From: an uncultured Hippea sp.
GTDB taxonomy: Bacteria; Campylobacterota_A; Desulfurellia; Desulfurellales; Hippeaceae
NCBI GenBank assembly: GCA_964442345.1
Contig: CAYTZD010000002.1
Span: 2,771 to 45,431, forward strand
Length of the DNA: 42,661 bases
Direction of reading: 5' to 3'
The number at the start of each line of letters is the position of its first letter. Within the stretch, counting starts at the first letter, position 1. Position numbers and translations under genes: made by a program. Positions 1 to 8,763 of the stretch are shown here, in pieces. The notes under the pieces are model-generated. The model was not told the origin of the DNA. It worked only from the letters and a program-made list of their open reading frames with translations, and made no database searches.

Positions 1-752
1 CAGAAGAGTTCATATTCACAAGTCCAAAGATGCAGAACATAGTAAAACTTGCTCAAAAGGTGGCAAAAACAGATGCAACGGTGCTTTTAATAGGTGAAAG
101 CGGAACGGGAAAGGAAGTCTTAGCAAAATACATACATTCCATAAGCAATAGATCAAAGGGCAAGTTTGTTGCCGTAAACTGTGCTGCCATTCCATCTAAT
201 CTACTTGAAAGCGAGATGTTTGGATACGAAAAGGGAGCATTCAGCGGAGCGGTAAAATCCCATCCCGGCAAGTTTGAACAGGCAAACAAAGGCACAATCC
301 TGCTTGATGAGATAAGCGAGATGCCGCTTGAACTTCAGGCAAAGTTGTTGCGCGTGATTCAGGAGAAAACCGTAGATAGAATAGGCTCAACCGAATCGAT
401 AAGCGTTGATGTGAGAATAATCTGCACGACAAACAGAAACATAGAAGAAGAAGTAAAAAAAGGCAATTTTAGAGAAGATCTGTATTACAGAATTAGCGTA
501 TTTCCCATAAAGATACCACCATTAAAAGAGAGAAAAGAAGAGATAATTCCATTAGCAGAGATGTTTTTAAAGAAGTTTTCGGCAAAGTTTAAGAAGAACA
601 TAAAGCAGATCTCAGAAGATGCAAAGGATTTGCTTCTAAATTATCCGTGGCATGGCAATGTTAGGGAACTTCAAAATGTGATAGAAAGAGCCGTCGTGCT
701 ATGCGAAGGTGATAAGTTGACAAAAGATGATATATTCCTGCACAATTTATAA
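1..752 (+). CDS. Sigma54-dependent transcriptional activator (NtrC/FlgR-like AAA+), 5'-truncated by the window edge; no C-terminal HTH
   Basis: Frame is open from base 3 (EEFIFTSPKM...). Walker A GESGTGKE, ESEMFGYEKGAFSGA loop, Walker B LLDEI, FREDLYYR, WHGNVREL; protein stops right after the AAA+ lid. Confidence 0.93.
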   Translation, partial: EEFIFTSPKMQNIVKLAQKVAKTDATVLLIGESGTGKEVLAKYIHSISNRSKGKFVAVNCAAIPSNLLESEMFGYEKGAFSGAVKSHPGKFEQANKGTILLDEISEMPLELQAKLLRVIQEKTVDRIGSTESISVDVRIICTTNRNIEEEVKKGNFREDLYYRISVFPIKIPPLKERKEEIIPLAEMFLKKFSAKFKKNIKQISEDAKDLLLNYPWHGNVRELQNVIERAVVLCEGDKLTKDDIFLHNL

Positions 753-766
753 AGGGGGCATTTTAA

Positions 767-1087
767 ATGAGTGGATGGATTTATCTGTTTATAGCAATAC
801 TGTTTGAGGCAGCAGGAACAACATGTATGAAACTCTCAAATGGATTCTCTGCTATCATCCCGTCTGTTTTACTGTTTGTTTTCTATATGTTGAGCTTTTA
901 CTTTATGACTTTAGCTTTAAAGACAGTCGATATAAGTATCGCTTATGCGGTATGGGCAGGTGTTGGTGTTGCACTTATAACACTAATAGGCGTATTCTTC
1001 TTTAAAGAGAATCTAAACTTGATAAAAGTAGCATCAATCATACTGATAGTTGTCGGTGTTATAGGATTAAGGCTGCAATCATCATAG
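767..1087 (+). CDS. SMR family small multidrug efflux transporter (EmrE/QacE subtype)
   Basis: 106 aa, 4 hydrophobic segments, membrane Glu14 in FEAAGT, KLSNGF, AYAVWAG. Confidence 0.9.
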   Translation: MSGWIYLFIAILFEAAGTTCMKLSNGFSAIIPSVLLFVFYMLSFYFMTLALKTVDISIAYAVWAGVGVALITLIGVFFFKENLNLIKVASIILIVVGVIGLRLQSS

Positions 1088-1092
1088 AAGAT

Positions 1093-1123
1093 AAAAAGGG
1101 TAGGGTAAGTCCCCACCCTTTTT
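1093..1123. terminator. Bidirectional intrinsic terminator between convergent SMR and slyD
   Basis: aaaaa-GGGTAGGG-taagt-CCCCACCC-ttttt; the one mismatch is a G-U pair on the minus strand; A and T tracts on both sides. Confidence 0.8.
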
Positions 1124-1130
1124 AGTCGAA

Positions 1131-1553
1131 TTAGCTAACTTTAACTATCTCAACATCGAAGATAAGGTCTTTACCAGCCAATGGATGGTTGAAATCTATC
1201 GTTATCGTATCTTCTTCAACTTCAATAATCGTAACGGGAATATTTGCCGTCTGTGTCTGCGCCAAAAGCTGCATACCTACCTTTGGTTCAATCTCAGGTG
1301 GCAGTTGATCCTTGGATACCTTCTGAATAGCTTCAGGATTCCTTTCTCCATAGGCATCTTCTGCTTTTACAACAACCTGTTTCTTCTCGCCTTCTTCCAT
1401 TCCTTCAAGCTCTTTTTCCAATGCAGGTATAATACTTCCTTCCCCGAAAACAAACTCAAGCGGCTCCTTGCCTTCACTTGAGTCAAAAATTGTCCCGTCG
1501 TCCAGCTTTCCAACATAATGCATCTGGACGGTCTTACCAGTCTCAACTTTCAT
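1131..1553 (-). CDS. slyD: FKBP-type peptidyl-prolyl isomerase, short SlyD type (no His-rich tail)
   Basis: HYVGKLDDGTIFDSS, DAYGE, DFNHPLAGKDL. ATG at 1553 with GGAGG 7 nt upstream is preferred over the TTG at 1556. Confidence 0.9.
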   Translation of the reverse strand: MKVETGKTVQMHYVGKLDDGTIFDSSEGKEPLEFVFGEGSIIPALEKELEGMEEGEKKQVVVKAEDAYGERNPEAIQKVSKDQLPPEIEPKVGMQLLAQTQTANIPVTIIEVEEDTITIDFNHPLAGKDLIFDVEIVKVS

Positions 1554-1641
1554 CAAAAATCCTCCAAAAACTAAATTGAAATATTATCTCACAAAAATGG
1601 ATAAAAAGCAAATTTTTTTAAAAAACAGAAGCAATAAATTA

Positions 1642-1670
1642 TTGACATATTACATTGTAGGATGTATTAT
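1642..1670 (+). promoter_or_regulatory. Sigma70-type promoter for the octaheme cytochrome gene
   Basis: TTGACA(1642-1647)-N17-TATTAT(1665-1670), about 100 nt upstream of AGGAGG-ATG 1771. Confidence 0.7.
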
Positions 1671-1770
1671 AACAAAGTAATATTAATCTATGGTTCATTG
1701 GGTTGCTCAAAGGGTAGGGGATTATTGGTGTAAATTGTAAGTTTATTGTTTTCTTGAGAAAGGAGGTGCA

Positions 1771-3273
1771 ATGAAAAGTCTTGGTAAATCTGTTATATCT
1801 TTATCGCGGATAACACTAAAGGCTCTTTTGGTTTCAACAGCATTTGCATCTTTTGCTTTTGCTGGCCCGACTTTAACTGGCAACAAAAATTTCGCAAAAC
1901 TGAAAAATTTTAAACCCAACCCAAAGGTTACATCCCAACAGTGTCTATCCTGCCATAAAGCACAAGACCCTGGCATAGTCAAGGACTGGACACATTCAAA
2001 GCATGCGCAGAATGGTGTTGGATGTGTTGAGTGCCATGTTGTACCTAAGGATTACCCAACCGCATTCAAGGCGCATCCGTTTAAAGGTGCAAACTGGACT
2101 GTTCAGGCTGCTGTTTCATCTGTAACATGTGCAAAATGTCATAGTAAAGAAGTTGAAGAATTCTTAAACTCAGGACACTCAAGAGGCGCTGCTCAATGGC
2201 TAAAGGAGAACGAGAATCCTCACGGAAAAGCTATGACTAAATTAGCCTTCGGCTATGAAGGCATGAAGGGTGGCGAAGGTATAGAGAAAGAATTTACCGT
2301 TAACAAAGGTAATTCACAAGTGGATGTTACGGTTGCAAACACATGTATTCAGTGTCACGGAACAATTATTAAACTTGATTCCACAGGTAAGCCGCTTGCT
2401 ACTACATGGCCAAATGATGGTATAGCATCTCTGTATCCAGATGGTGGCGTAGGAAATTGTCTAAGCTGCCATTCAAGGCACAAATTCTCAGCAGAAGAGG
2501 CAAGACAACCAGAATCATGCTCAAATTGTCACTTAGGTCCTGATCATCCAGATAAAGAGGTATTCGAATCCAGTGTTCATGGCCATATATTTAGCACTAA
2601 CGAAAAAGATTATGACTTCTCTACAGGAGAGCAGATACCAGGCAAAACACTCAGAGGCCCAACATGCTTCACATGCCATATGGGTTCTATAAATGGCCTA
2701 AACTCAACACACAATGTATCTGTTAGACTTAAATGGAACCTGTGGGCACCAAAGAGCTTTGAGAGAAATGGTAAGAATGAAACAGCTGGATGGGCTTGGT
2801 GGAATAATAAGAAAGTAATAAGAGGAAATCCAAAAGCTGGAAATATTCAAGGTGCTGATGCTGCAAGAAGCGAAATGAAACAGGTTTGCTCATCATGCCA
2901 CGATGCAACATTTACAAACAACTACTTTAAACGGGTAGATGCCGATGTAAAACTTTACAATCAATACAGAGATATGGCAACAAAGATGTATAAAGAGCTA
3001 AAAGATAAAGGCTTAATCAAGAAGGATGTATGGAGCGACCCATTCTTCAAGCTTATGTATTATGCATGGCATCACGACGGAAGAAGAATGAGACACGGTG
3101 CAGCAATGGGAAGCCCAGACTTTGCACATTGGCATGGCGTATTCCAAGTTATGCAAGACATAAGAGAAATGAAGGATATCTATGACTACAGAATGAGAAT
3201 GCTCAAGAAACTGAAAGATCCGAAAAAGGTATTAGAAACAGAACCACCTATGCCAGTTGTAACCCACGAATAA
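1771..3273 (+). CDS. haoA: Periplasmic octaheme cytochrome c, hydroxylamine oxidoreductase family (epsilon-Hao-like, likely nitrite/hydroxylamine reductase)
   Basis: Sec signal (...FAFA); eight CxxCH motifs (CLSCH, CVECH, CAKCH, CIQCH, CLSCH, CSNCH, CFTCH, CSSCH); CHLGPDHP; C-terminal WHHDGRR and PDFAHWHG, typical of reductive HAO-like proteins. Confidence 0.88.
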   Translation: MKSLGKSVISLSRITLKALLVSTAFASFAFAGPTLTGNKNFAKLKNFKPNPKVTSQQCLSCHKAQDPGIVKDWTHSKHAQNGVGCVECHVVPKDYPTAFKAHPFKGANWTVQAAVSSVTCAKCHSKEVEEFLNSGHSRGAAQWLKENENPHGKAMTKLAFGYEGMKGGEGIEKEFTVNKGNSQVDVTVANTCIQCHGTIIKLDSTGKPLATTWPNDGIASLYPDGGVGNCLSCHSRHKFSAEEARQPESCSNCHLGPDHPDKEVFESSVHGHIFSTNEKDYDFSTGEQIPGKTLRGPTCFTCHMGSINGLNSTHNVSVRLKWNLWAPKSFERNGKNETAGWAWWNNKKVIRGNPKAGNIQGADAARSEMKQVCSSCHDATFTNNYFKRVDADVKLYNQYRDMATKMYKELKDKGLIKKDVWSDPFFKLMYYAWHHDGRRMRHGAAMGSPDFAHWHGVFQVMQDIREMKDIYDYRMRMLKKLKDPKKVLETEPPMPVVTHE

Positions 3274-3293
3274 TTTTTTCAAGAACTTCCTAT

Positions 3294-3330
3294 ACCCCTT
3301 TTGCTCAGAGACGAGCAAAAGGGGTTTTTT
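3294..3330 (+). terminator. Intrinsic terminator after haoA
   Basis: Perfect 13-bp stem ACCCCTTTTGCTC-agagac-GAGCAAAAGGGGT followed by a T run. Confidence 0.88.
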
Positions 3331-5704
3331 ATTTTTTAGCTATTTTTAACAGCAGGATTGAAGAGATTAGCACAAACCAGACAGCTATACCGAACTTTAG
3401 AACATAAAACCAAGCGTATGCCGCTTCGCCTCTTCCGTAGCTATGCAGTCCTTGTGCAATATAAAAATTCACACCAAAATAGGTCATAAGAATAAAGAAG
3501 AAACTAAAGAACGCCAATATTGAAAACATTAAATCGTTTACTTTTGTGGTGATTTTAAGATGTATAATAACCGCATAAGCTATTATCGTTATTAGACTCC
3601 ATGTCTCTTTTGGGTCCCACGACCAGTATCTTCCCCAGCTTTCATTTGCCCATATTCCACCTAAGAATGTGCCTATTGTTAAGAATATAAGCCCGGCGTA
3701 GATTGATATGTATATTATATTATTTATCTGTTTGATCTTTTCCTGGAGACTGTATTTGCGGTTTAAGAGAAATAAAGGTAAATTGATTAAGCTTAACATA
3801 GCCGATACGGCTAAGAAACCATAACCTATAGTAATAACAGCAACATGAATAAGTAGCCAATAAGATTTTAGAACAGGCACCATATTGGTTATCTGTGGGT
3901 CAATACTGTTTAGGTGTGCCACCATCATAAACATACCGGCAATAAAAAACCCAGCGCCAAGCGTCAATGTATTACGCATAAAGAACAGTAGAGAGACAAA
4001 AACGGCACTCCATGCTATAAAAACTATAGATTCGTATGCATCAGACCAAGGTAAATGTCCTGAAGCATACCACCTTAAGATCATATTGAAAGTATGGAAG
4101 AAAAACGCTATCCAACCAGCAGCTATAAGTGCGATATTTATTTTTTTAAAAGGTTTTCCTTTTAATATCTCCAAGAAACCGATAGATATAAACATCAAAC
4201 CCAAAAGCGAATACACACCTATAAGCTTAGGGAATATACCTAATCGATTATAAAGAATCTCAGCCTTTATTCTGTTCTCAGAAGGCAAAAGGTTGCTTGA
4301 GTATATCTTTTGTATGCTGTATATTTTTTTTGTCAGTTCTTTTTCCTGTTTTAAGTTATAATTTTTTGCTGCTATTATAAGGTTTTTAAATAAATTAAAA
4401 TATCTTTTTGCTGTATCAGAGTTCTTTAAATAACCTAATTCAGAGACAGAAAGCCATCTATGGTTATTCAAAGCCGAATACTCTGTCGGAAAAATTCTAA
4501 ATATCGATGCCGTATATACACTAAAAGCTACATAGATTCGCTCGTTTATCTTAAGCCATTCCCTATCTATTGAATTGCGTTCTTGCGGTGATTTATGCAA
4601 TGCCTTCTCAACTTCCTTAGAAAAAATGAAATCTCCGTTTGGCAAAAAGAAATCATTGTAGGCTGCATATTTGCCTTTAAGCTTAAGTTTCTCTCTTATT
4701 GCTTTATTGCCTACATATATCATTTTTAAGGATTGAAACATATGTGGATAGGCAACCATACCAAGAATAATTTGATTGTAGTTCATCTTATGTAAGAAAG
4801 ATGTTTTTGCAATTTTATTTACTATATCTTTATCCAGCGTATCCATAGGCTCTATTCTGCCGTTTAATTGAACCAGAATTTTACTCCACTGGTCACTAAC
4901 AGCTTTTGAATGCTTTGCCCAGTTATCTATAGTTTCTGCATGAGAACCTAAAGGCATAGAAGATAACGCAAGCACAAGAATCAATAAAGCAACATTATTA
5001 TTAATATTTTTTATTGCTTTTAGAAACCTGCTTTTTCTATCAAATAGCACCAAAAGAAAGCCAATAGTTAGCAGGAAATATCCAAAATATGTAATAATCA
5101 TACCAGGATCGTGGTTTATAAATAAAATACTACCCATCTCATCTCTATCATAGCTCATTTGGTAAATTCTATAACCTTTGTATTTTAATATATGGTTCAT
5201 ATAGATATGATATTGGAATGTTTTATCTTTATCTATAACAGTTATATAACTATCATAGCTGCTTGGCTGTCTGCTGCCTGGGTATTTTTGAACAACAAAA
5301 TTATCAAGTCTAATAGAGAAACCCAGCGGAACCATTTTTGTCGCAGTTGGATCATTCCTTTTTGTGAGCATAAAGTTAGAACTTGTCTGACCTATTCTTA
5401 AATGAAGTATTCCACTATAGCCAAAATATCTTGTTATAGCAGCACCAAGCAAAATTACTAAGATGGCTACATGAATAACAAATATAGACGGCTTTTTGTA
5501 GGTTTTATATCTAACCATAACACCACTTAAATTGATACCAATAAGCCATATGATAAGCTCAAACCACCTACTGCCATAAACATAAATCCATGCTTGCTCA
5601 TCGTTAGGAAAGCCTAAGGTGGCATATATTAAGACTGCTGCAAATATCAACAACAGTATAATGGTAGCTTCTAAAGAGAAAAAATATTCTATGATTTTTT
5701 TCAT
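3329..5704 (-). CDS. ccsA: Fused system II cytochrome c synthase CcsBA (ResB/ResC fusion; NrfI/CcsA-like)
   Basis: N-terminal TMs with H..ILVILLGAAITRYFG, MNHIL..GYRIYQ.SY (ResB-like), large soluble domain, WLLIHV, WWD motif WANESWGRYWSWDPKETW, GLHSY. Confidence 0.92.
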   Translation of the reverse strand: MKKIIEYFFSLEATIILLLIFAAVLIYATLGFPNDEQAWIYVYGSRWFELIIWLIGINLSGVMVRYKTYKKPSIFVIHVAILVILLGAAITRYFGYSGILHLRIGQTSSNFMLTKRNDPTATKMVPLGFSIRLDNFVVQKYPGSRQPSSYDSYITVIDKDKTFQYHIYMNHILKYKGYRIYQMSYDRDEMGSILFINHDPGMIITYFGYFLLTIGFLLVLFDRKSRFLKAIKNINNNVALLILVLALSSMPLGSHAETIDNWAKHSKAVSDQWSKILVQLNGRIEPMDTLDKDIVNKIAKTSFLHKMNYNQIILGMVAYPHMFQSLKMIYVGNKAIREKLKLKGKYAAYNDFFLPNGDFIFSKEVEKALHKSPQERNSIDREWLKINERIYVAFSVYTASIFRIFPTEYSALNNHRWLSVSELGYLKNSDTAKRYFNLFKNLIIAAKNYNLKQEKELTKKIYSIQKIYSSNLLPSENRIKAEILYNRLGIFPKLIGVYSLLGLMFISIGFLEILKGKPFKKINIALIAAGWIAFFFHTFNMILRWYASGHLPWSDAYESIVFIAWSAVFVSLLFFMRNTLTLGAGFFIAGMFMMVAHLNSIDPQITNMVPVLKSYWLLIHVAVITIGYGFLAVSAMLSLINLPLFLLNRKYSLQEKIKQINNIIYISIYAGLIFLTIGTFLGGIWANESWGRYWSWDPKETWSLITIIAYAVIIHLKITTKVNDLMFSILAFFSFFFILMTYFGVNFYIAQGLHSYGRGEAAYAWFYVLKFGIAVWFVLISSILLLKIAKK

Positions 5705-5706
5705 AG

Positions 5707-6252
5707 CTATTTACTTATTCGCTCTAATAGTTCAGGATGTGCAAAGTTTGGATTTGTACTGTCGTTATGACATGATACGCAGCTTATATTTTTATGCTCC
5801 TTTTTCTCTTTCCAATACAGTTTATGGGCATACTTGCTTGCTTCGCTCATTTTATATGCCGCAGAAGGATTCTTTATACCAGTATGACATTTAAGACAAC
5901 CGCTATCGTATACATAGCTACTCATCTCGGTATATTTCTTTTCAAAATCAGGGTTTTTAAACATACCTATTTCAATTAAACCATCCTTTATACCAGTTAT
6001 TCCCTTTGCAACAAGATAACCTGCCAAACTATCGTGAGGAAGATGACAGTCCGTGCAGTGGGCTACTGAATATCCATGCTTATTATTTGAACCGTGGACG
6101 CTGATATTAAAACTTTTCACCATAGGCTTCATTGTATGACAACTACCGCAAAACTTTGGTGTAGAAGTTTTTTCTACAACGACAGCAGTTACAAAGGATA
6201 CAGCTAAACCTAAAACAAGCCCGATCAGTAAAACAACAACTACCTTTTTCAT
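5707..6252 (-). CDS. NapC/NrfH/cM552-family membrane-anchored tetraheme cytochrome c quinol dehydrogenase
   Basis: One N-terminal TM; four CxxCH (CGSCH-TM, CTDCHLP, CLKCH, CVSCH); CxxCHxM at heme 1. Confidence 0.9.
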   Translation of the reverse strand: MKKVVVVLLIGLVLGLAVSFVTAVVVEKTSTPKFCGSCHTMKPMVKSFNISVHGSNNKHGYSVAHCTDCHLPHDSLAGYLVAKGITGIKDGLIEIGMFKNPDFEKKYTEMSSYVYDSGCLKCHTGIKNPSAAYKMSEASKYAHKLYWKEKKEHKNISCVSCHNDSTNPNFAHPELLERISK

Positions 6253-6364
6253 GTTTTAGACTACCCCCCTCTTCAATACAATAAAATTGTGCAAATCTCT
6301 TGAAGGTTGCAGGCTACTAAGTAGCCTATTGCAAGCCCCTTCAAGAAGATAGATATATAATTAA

Positions 6365-6393
6365 ATTATTGCACATCTTGCAGAATAATTCAA
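6365..6393 (-). promoter_or_regulatory. Possible internal promoter for the tetraheme-ccsBA pair
   Basis: Minus strand TTGAAT-N17-AATAAT with a TGn extension; overlaps the dyad TCTTG-N10-CAAGA (6376-6395). Confidence 0.35.
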
Positions 6394-6524
6394 GAAAATG
6401 TTTAATGGAATTTTTACTGCTGCAAGAAAAAGGCATCTCAAAAAACCAACTAATACCTTCATTCACATATAGCTTATAAATACAACTAACATCAAAGCTT
6501 TAAGGTTAATGTTAATGGGGTATA

Positions 6525-6869
6525 TTACTTTCTCTTTATCATATCCCATGAAGATTTGATTTCTTCAGCTTTTTTATCTTTGTTTAGTTCATCTACGGTA
6601 TTCTTGAGTTCTATATACTCGGACATCTTTTCAACCTCATCTTCACAATAACTCATATGCATTTGGGCATCTAAAATCATTGGCATATCCTGAATTTGGG
6701 CAAGTTTTGCCACTTCTTCTTCGCTACTTTCACCTTCTATTGTGATTATAATAATACCTTTATCCTTGTCTCCAAAATAAACATCGCAAATGCCACTTTC
6801 TTCTAAGCTTAAAAAAGCATTATCGTAATCTTCAGGTTTAACTTTAACAATAATACTTGAAATATTCAT
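6525..6869 (-). CDS. napD: NapA maturation chaperone NapD
   Basis: MNISSIIV start, GIIIITIEG motif, last gene of napAGHBFLD. Confidence 0.88.
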   Translation of the reverse strand: MNISSIIVKVKPEDYDNAFLSLEESGICDVYFGDKDKGIIIITIEGESSEEEVAKLAQIQDMPMILDAQMHMSYCEDEVEKMSEYIELKNTVDELNKDKKAEEIKSSWDMIKRK

Positions 6870-6875
6870 AAGGTA

Positions 6876-7841
6876 TCACTCCTTTTTTTGTATAATTTTC
6901 CATAGGATAATCTCTGCTGGCGAATAGCTTATAAGTGTATCTTTAACCAATCCCATACCTATCAACGGCATGGTATGTCCTTTTAATATTTGCGTATTTG
7001 ATGCCAAATTGAAAGAGTAAACTGCTATATCATTCTCTTCGTTTATTTGATATATTGTACAATTTTTACATAATATCGCTGCATAAGGAAGAAATTTTGT
7101 ATCTATCTGGGCTCTTAGCGTTAATGTTTTATAGTTATATATACCTATTTTTTTATCAACTGAAGCGTTAAGGATAAGATTCCCAAAAAAGGAAAGAGCC
7201 AATGTTTTGTCTTTGTTAATTCCATCTATTTTGGCTATTATTTTTCTTTTTGATACATCAAAAACCTTAACTACACCACTTTCATCTCCTATAGCTACAA
7301 GATTTTTACTTCCATTTAAAGCAAAGGTCGAAAATACATAGTTTCCAATCTGTTTTTTGTATGTAAAGCTATTTGTTTTGGTATCATAAAGAACAATTTC
7401 ATCCGCAAGGGTTGCAAAAATAATCCTGTTTTTATCTAAAAATTTTGCTTTCATAAGTGTTAATTTGGTAGAAAAAACCTTTTTGAGCTTACGGCTGCTT
7501 ATATCAAAAAGAAATAAAACTCTACTTTGATTCTCTCCTTGGGTTAGGATAAGAAGTTTGTTTTTATGGATATCAAGAGAATAAATTGGCATATCTATTA
7601 AATCACCCGCAAAGTCGTGAATCTTAGGTAGTTTTAAGGTGTATATTAGAGAGTTGTTTTTAAAAGCTCTTATCTCTACAGTGCCATTTTCAAAACCTAC
7701 AATAAGATAATCTTTATTAAATGCTACCTTAGATATGTAATTTTTGTATCTAAAAATTTTATACTGTGTTAACTCAAAAGAATAAGAAGCAAAACTGAAA
7801 ATACATATCAAAAACAGCGCTAAAAACAGAACCCTTTTCAT
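6876..7841 (-). CDS. napL: NapL, periplasmic WD40/beta-propeller accessory protein
   Basis: Signal peptide, WD-like repeats (GDESGVVKVFD, ILKGH), IHDFAGD motif, position between napF and napD. Confidence 0.82.
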   Translation of the reverse strand: MKRVLFLALFLICIFSFASYSFELTQYKIFRYKNYISKVAFNKDYLIVGFENGTVEIRAFKNNSLIYTLKLPKIHDFAGDLIDMPIYSLDIHKNKLLILTQGENQSRVLFLFDISSRKLKKVFSTKLTLMKAKFLDKNRIIFATLADEIVLYDTKTNSFTYKKQIGNYVFSTFALNGSKNLVAIGDESGVVKVFDVSKRKIIAKIDGINKDKTLALSFFGNLILNASVDKKIGIYNYKTLTLRAQIDTKFLPYAAILCKNCTIYQINEENDIAVYSFNLASNTQILKGHTMPLIGMGLVKDTLISYSPAEIILWKIIQKKE

Positions 7842-8320
7842 TCATAGTCCTCCATAGGTTTTACCTCGATGGCTTTTGTGGGACAAACGCTTATACATTC
7901 TCCACAGCTAACGCACTTTTCGTTAATCGTAGGATTAAACATACCCTCAAATGATATTGCATCATACTCACATACATCCTGACAACTAAAACAGACAGAT
8001 TCATTATATGCTAAACAAGAAACTGGATCAATTGTAACTTCTCCATTGATCTTCTCTCTTTTGTTTTCAACCTTTAAGACCTTACCGCACACTTTAGCAC
8101 ACTCATCACAAAAAGTACATCCACCACTATTGAATTTTAGAATAGGTATACCGTCATTTATTGTAATTATCTCATTCTCACAAGCCGATACACACGGTTT
8201 CTCAGAACATTTTAAACAAAAGGAAAAATCCGCCTTATCTTTATAATAAGGCGGATGTAAATAGAACTTTTTAAAAGGTTTTATGAGTTTTCTAAAAAAA
8301 TCTCTCCTTGCATACTTCAT
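7838..8320 (-). CDS. napF: Ferredoxin-type protein NapF
   Basis: RRDFF, PPY, several 4Fe-4S Cys motifs (CTFCDECAKVC, CVSCGECISVCP). Confidence 0.88.
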   Translation of the reverse strand: MKYARRDFFRKLIKPFKKFYLHPPYYKDKADFSFCLKCSEKPCVSACENEIITINDGIPILKFNSGGCTFCDECAKVCGKVLKVENKREKINGEVTIDPVSCLAYNESVCFSCQDVCEYDAISFEGMFNPTINEKCVSCGECISVCPTKAIEVKPMEDYE

Positions 8321-8763
8321 TTTAAAGATTCAAATTTATTCTCAATTACAGGATTGACATCTGCCTGAGGTGCATGACATTGCGTACAATTATATCTACT
8401 ACCCTTTATTTTACCCTTTTCAAGATGGTCAGATGGTATAGCCGTCATCTTCATAGCCTTTGCATTTTTAGGCATATGGCAGTTCAAACATGCATTGTTT
8501 TTTATTGTGATTGGAACAAGGCCTTCTGTAGAATGCGGTATCTGAGGTGGAGCGGTTACAAAAGACTTGTTTAATGGCTTAACGCTACCTGGTACAGGTT
8601 GAGTATTATTGTATTTTATCTTTGGTATATTTGGTGTTTTTGTTAATGGAGCTTTTCTTAATCCTCTTACATCTACAGACTTATCGTTTGTTGCATTTAC
8701 TGTTTGCTGACTTACAGCTAACATAAAACCCAAAACAATTGCACCTATGGATAGTTTCCTCAT
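8317..8763 (-). CDS. napB: Diheme cytochrome c subunit NapB
   Basis: Signal peptide, APPQIPH, NACLNCH, RYNCTQCHAPQ. Confidence 0.95.
   Translation of the reverse strand: MRKLSIGAIVLGFMLAVSQQTVNATNDKSVDVRGLRKAPLTKTPNIPKIKYNNTQPVPGSVKPLNKSFVTAPPQIPHSTEGLVPITIKNNACLNCHMPKNAKAMKMTAIPSDHLEKGKIKGSRYNCTQCHAPQADVNPVIENKFESLK

Noticed and set aside
1095-1719. 11-bp repeat AAAGGGTAGGG at 1095 and 1709 flanking slyD
   Set aside because: Short enough to occur by chance; no associated mobile gene.
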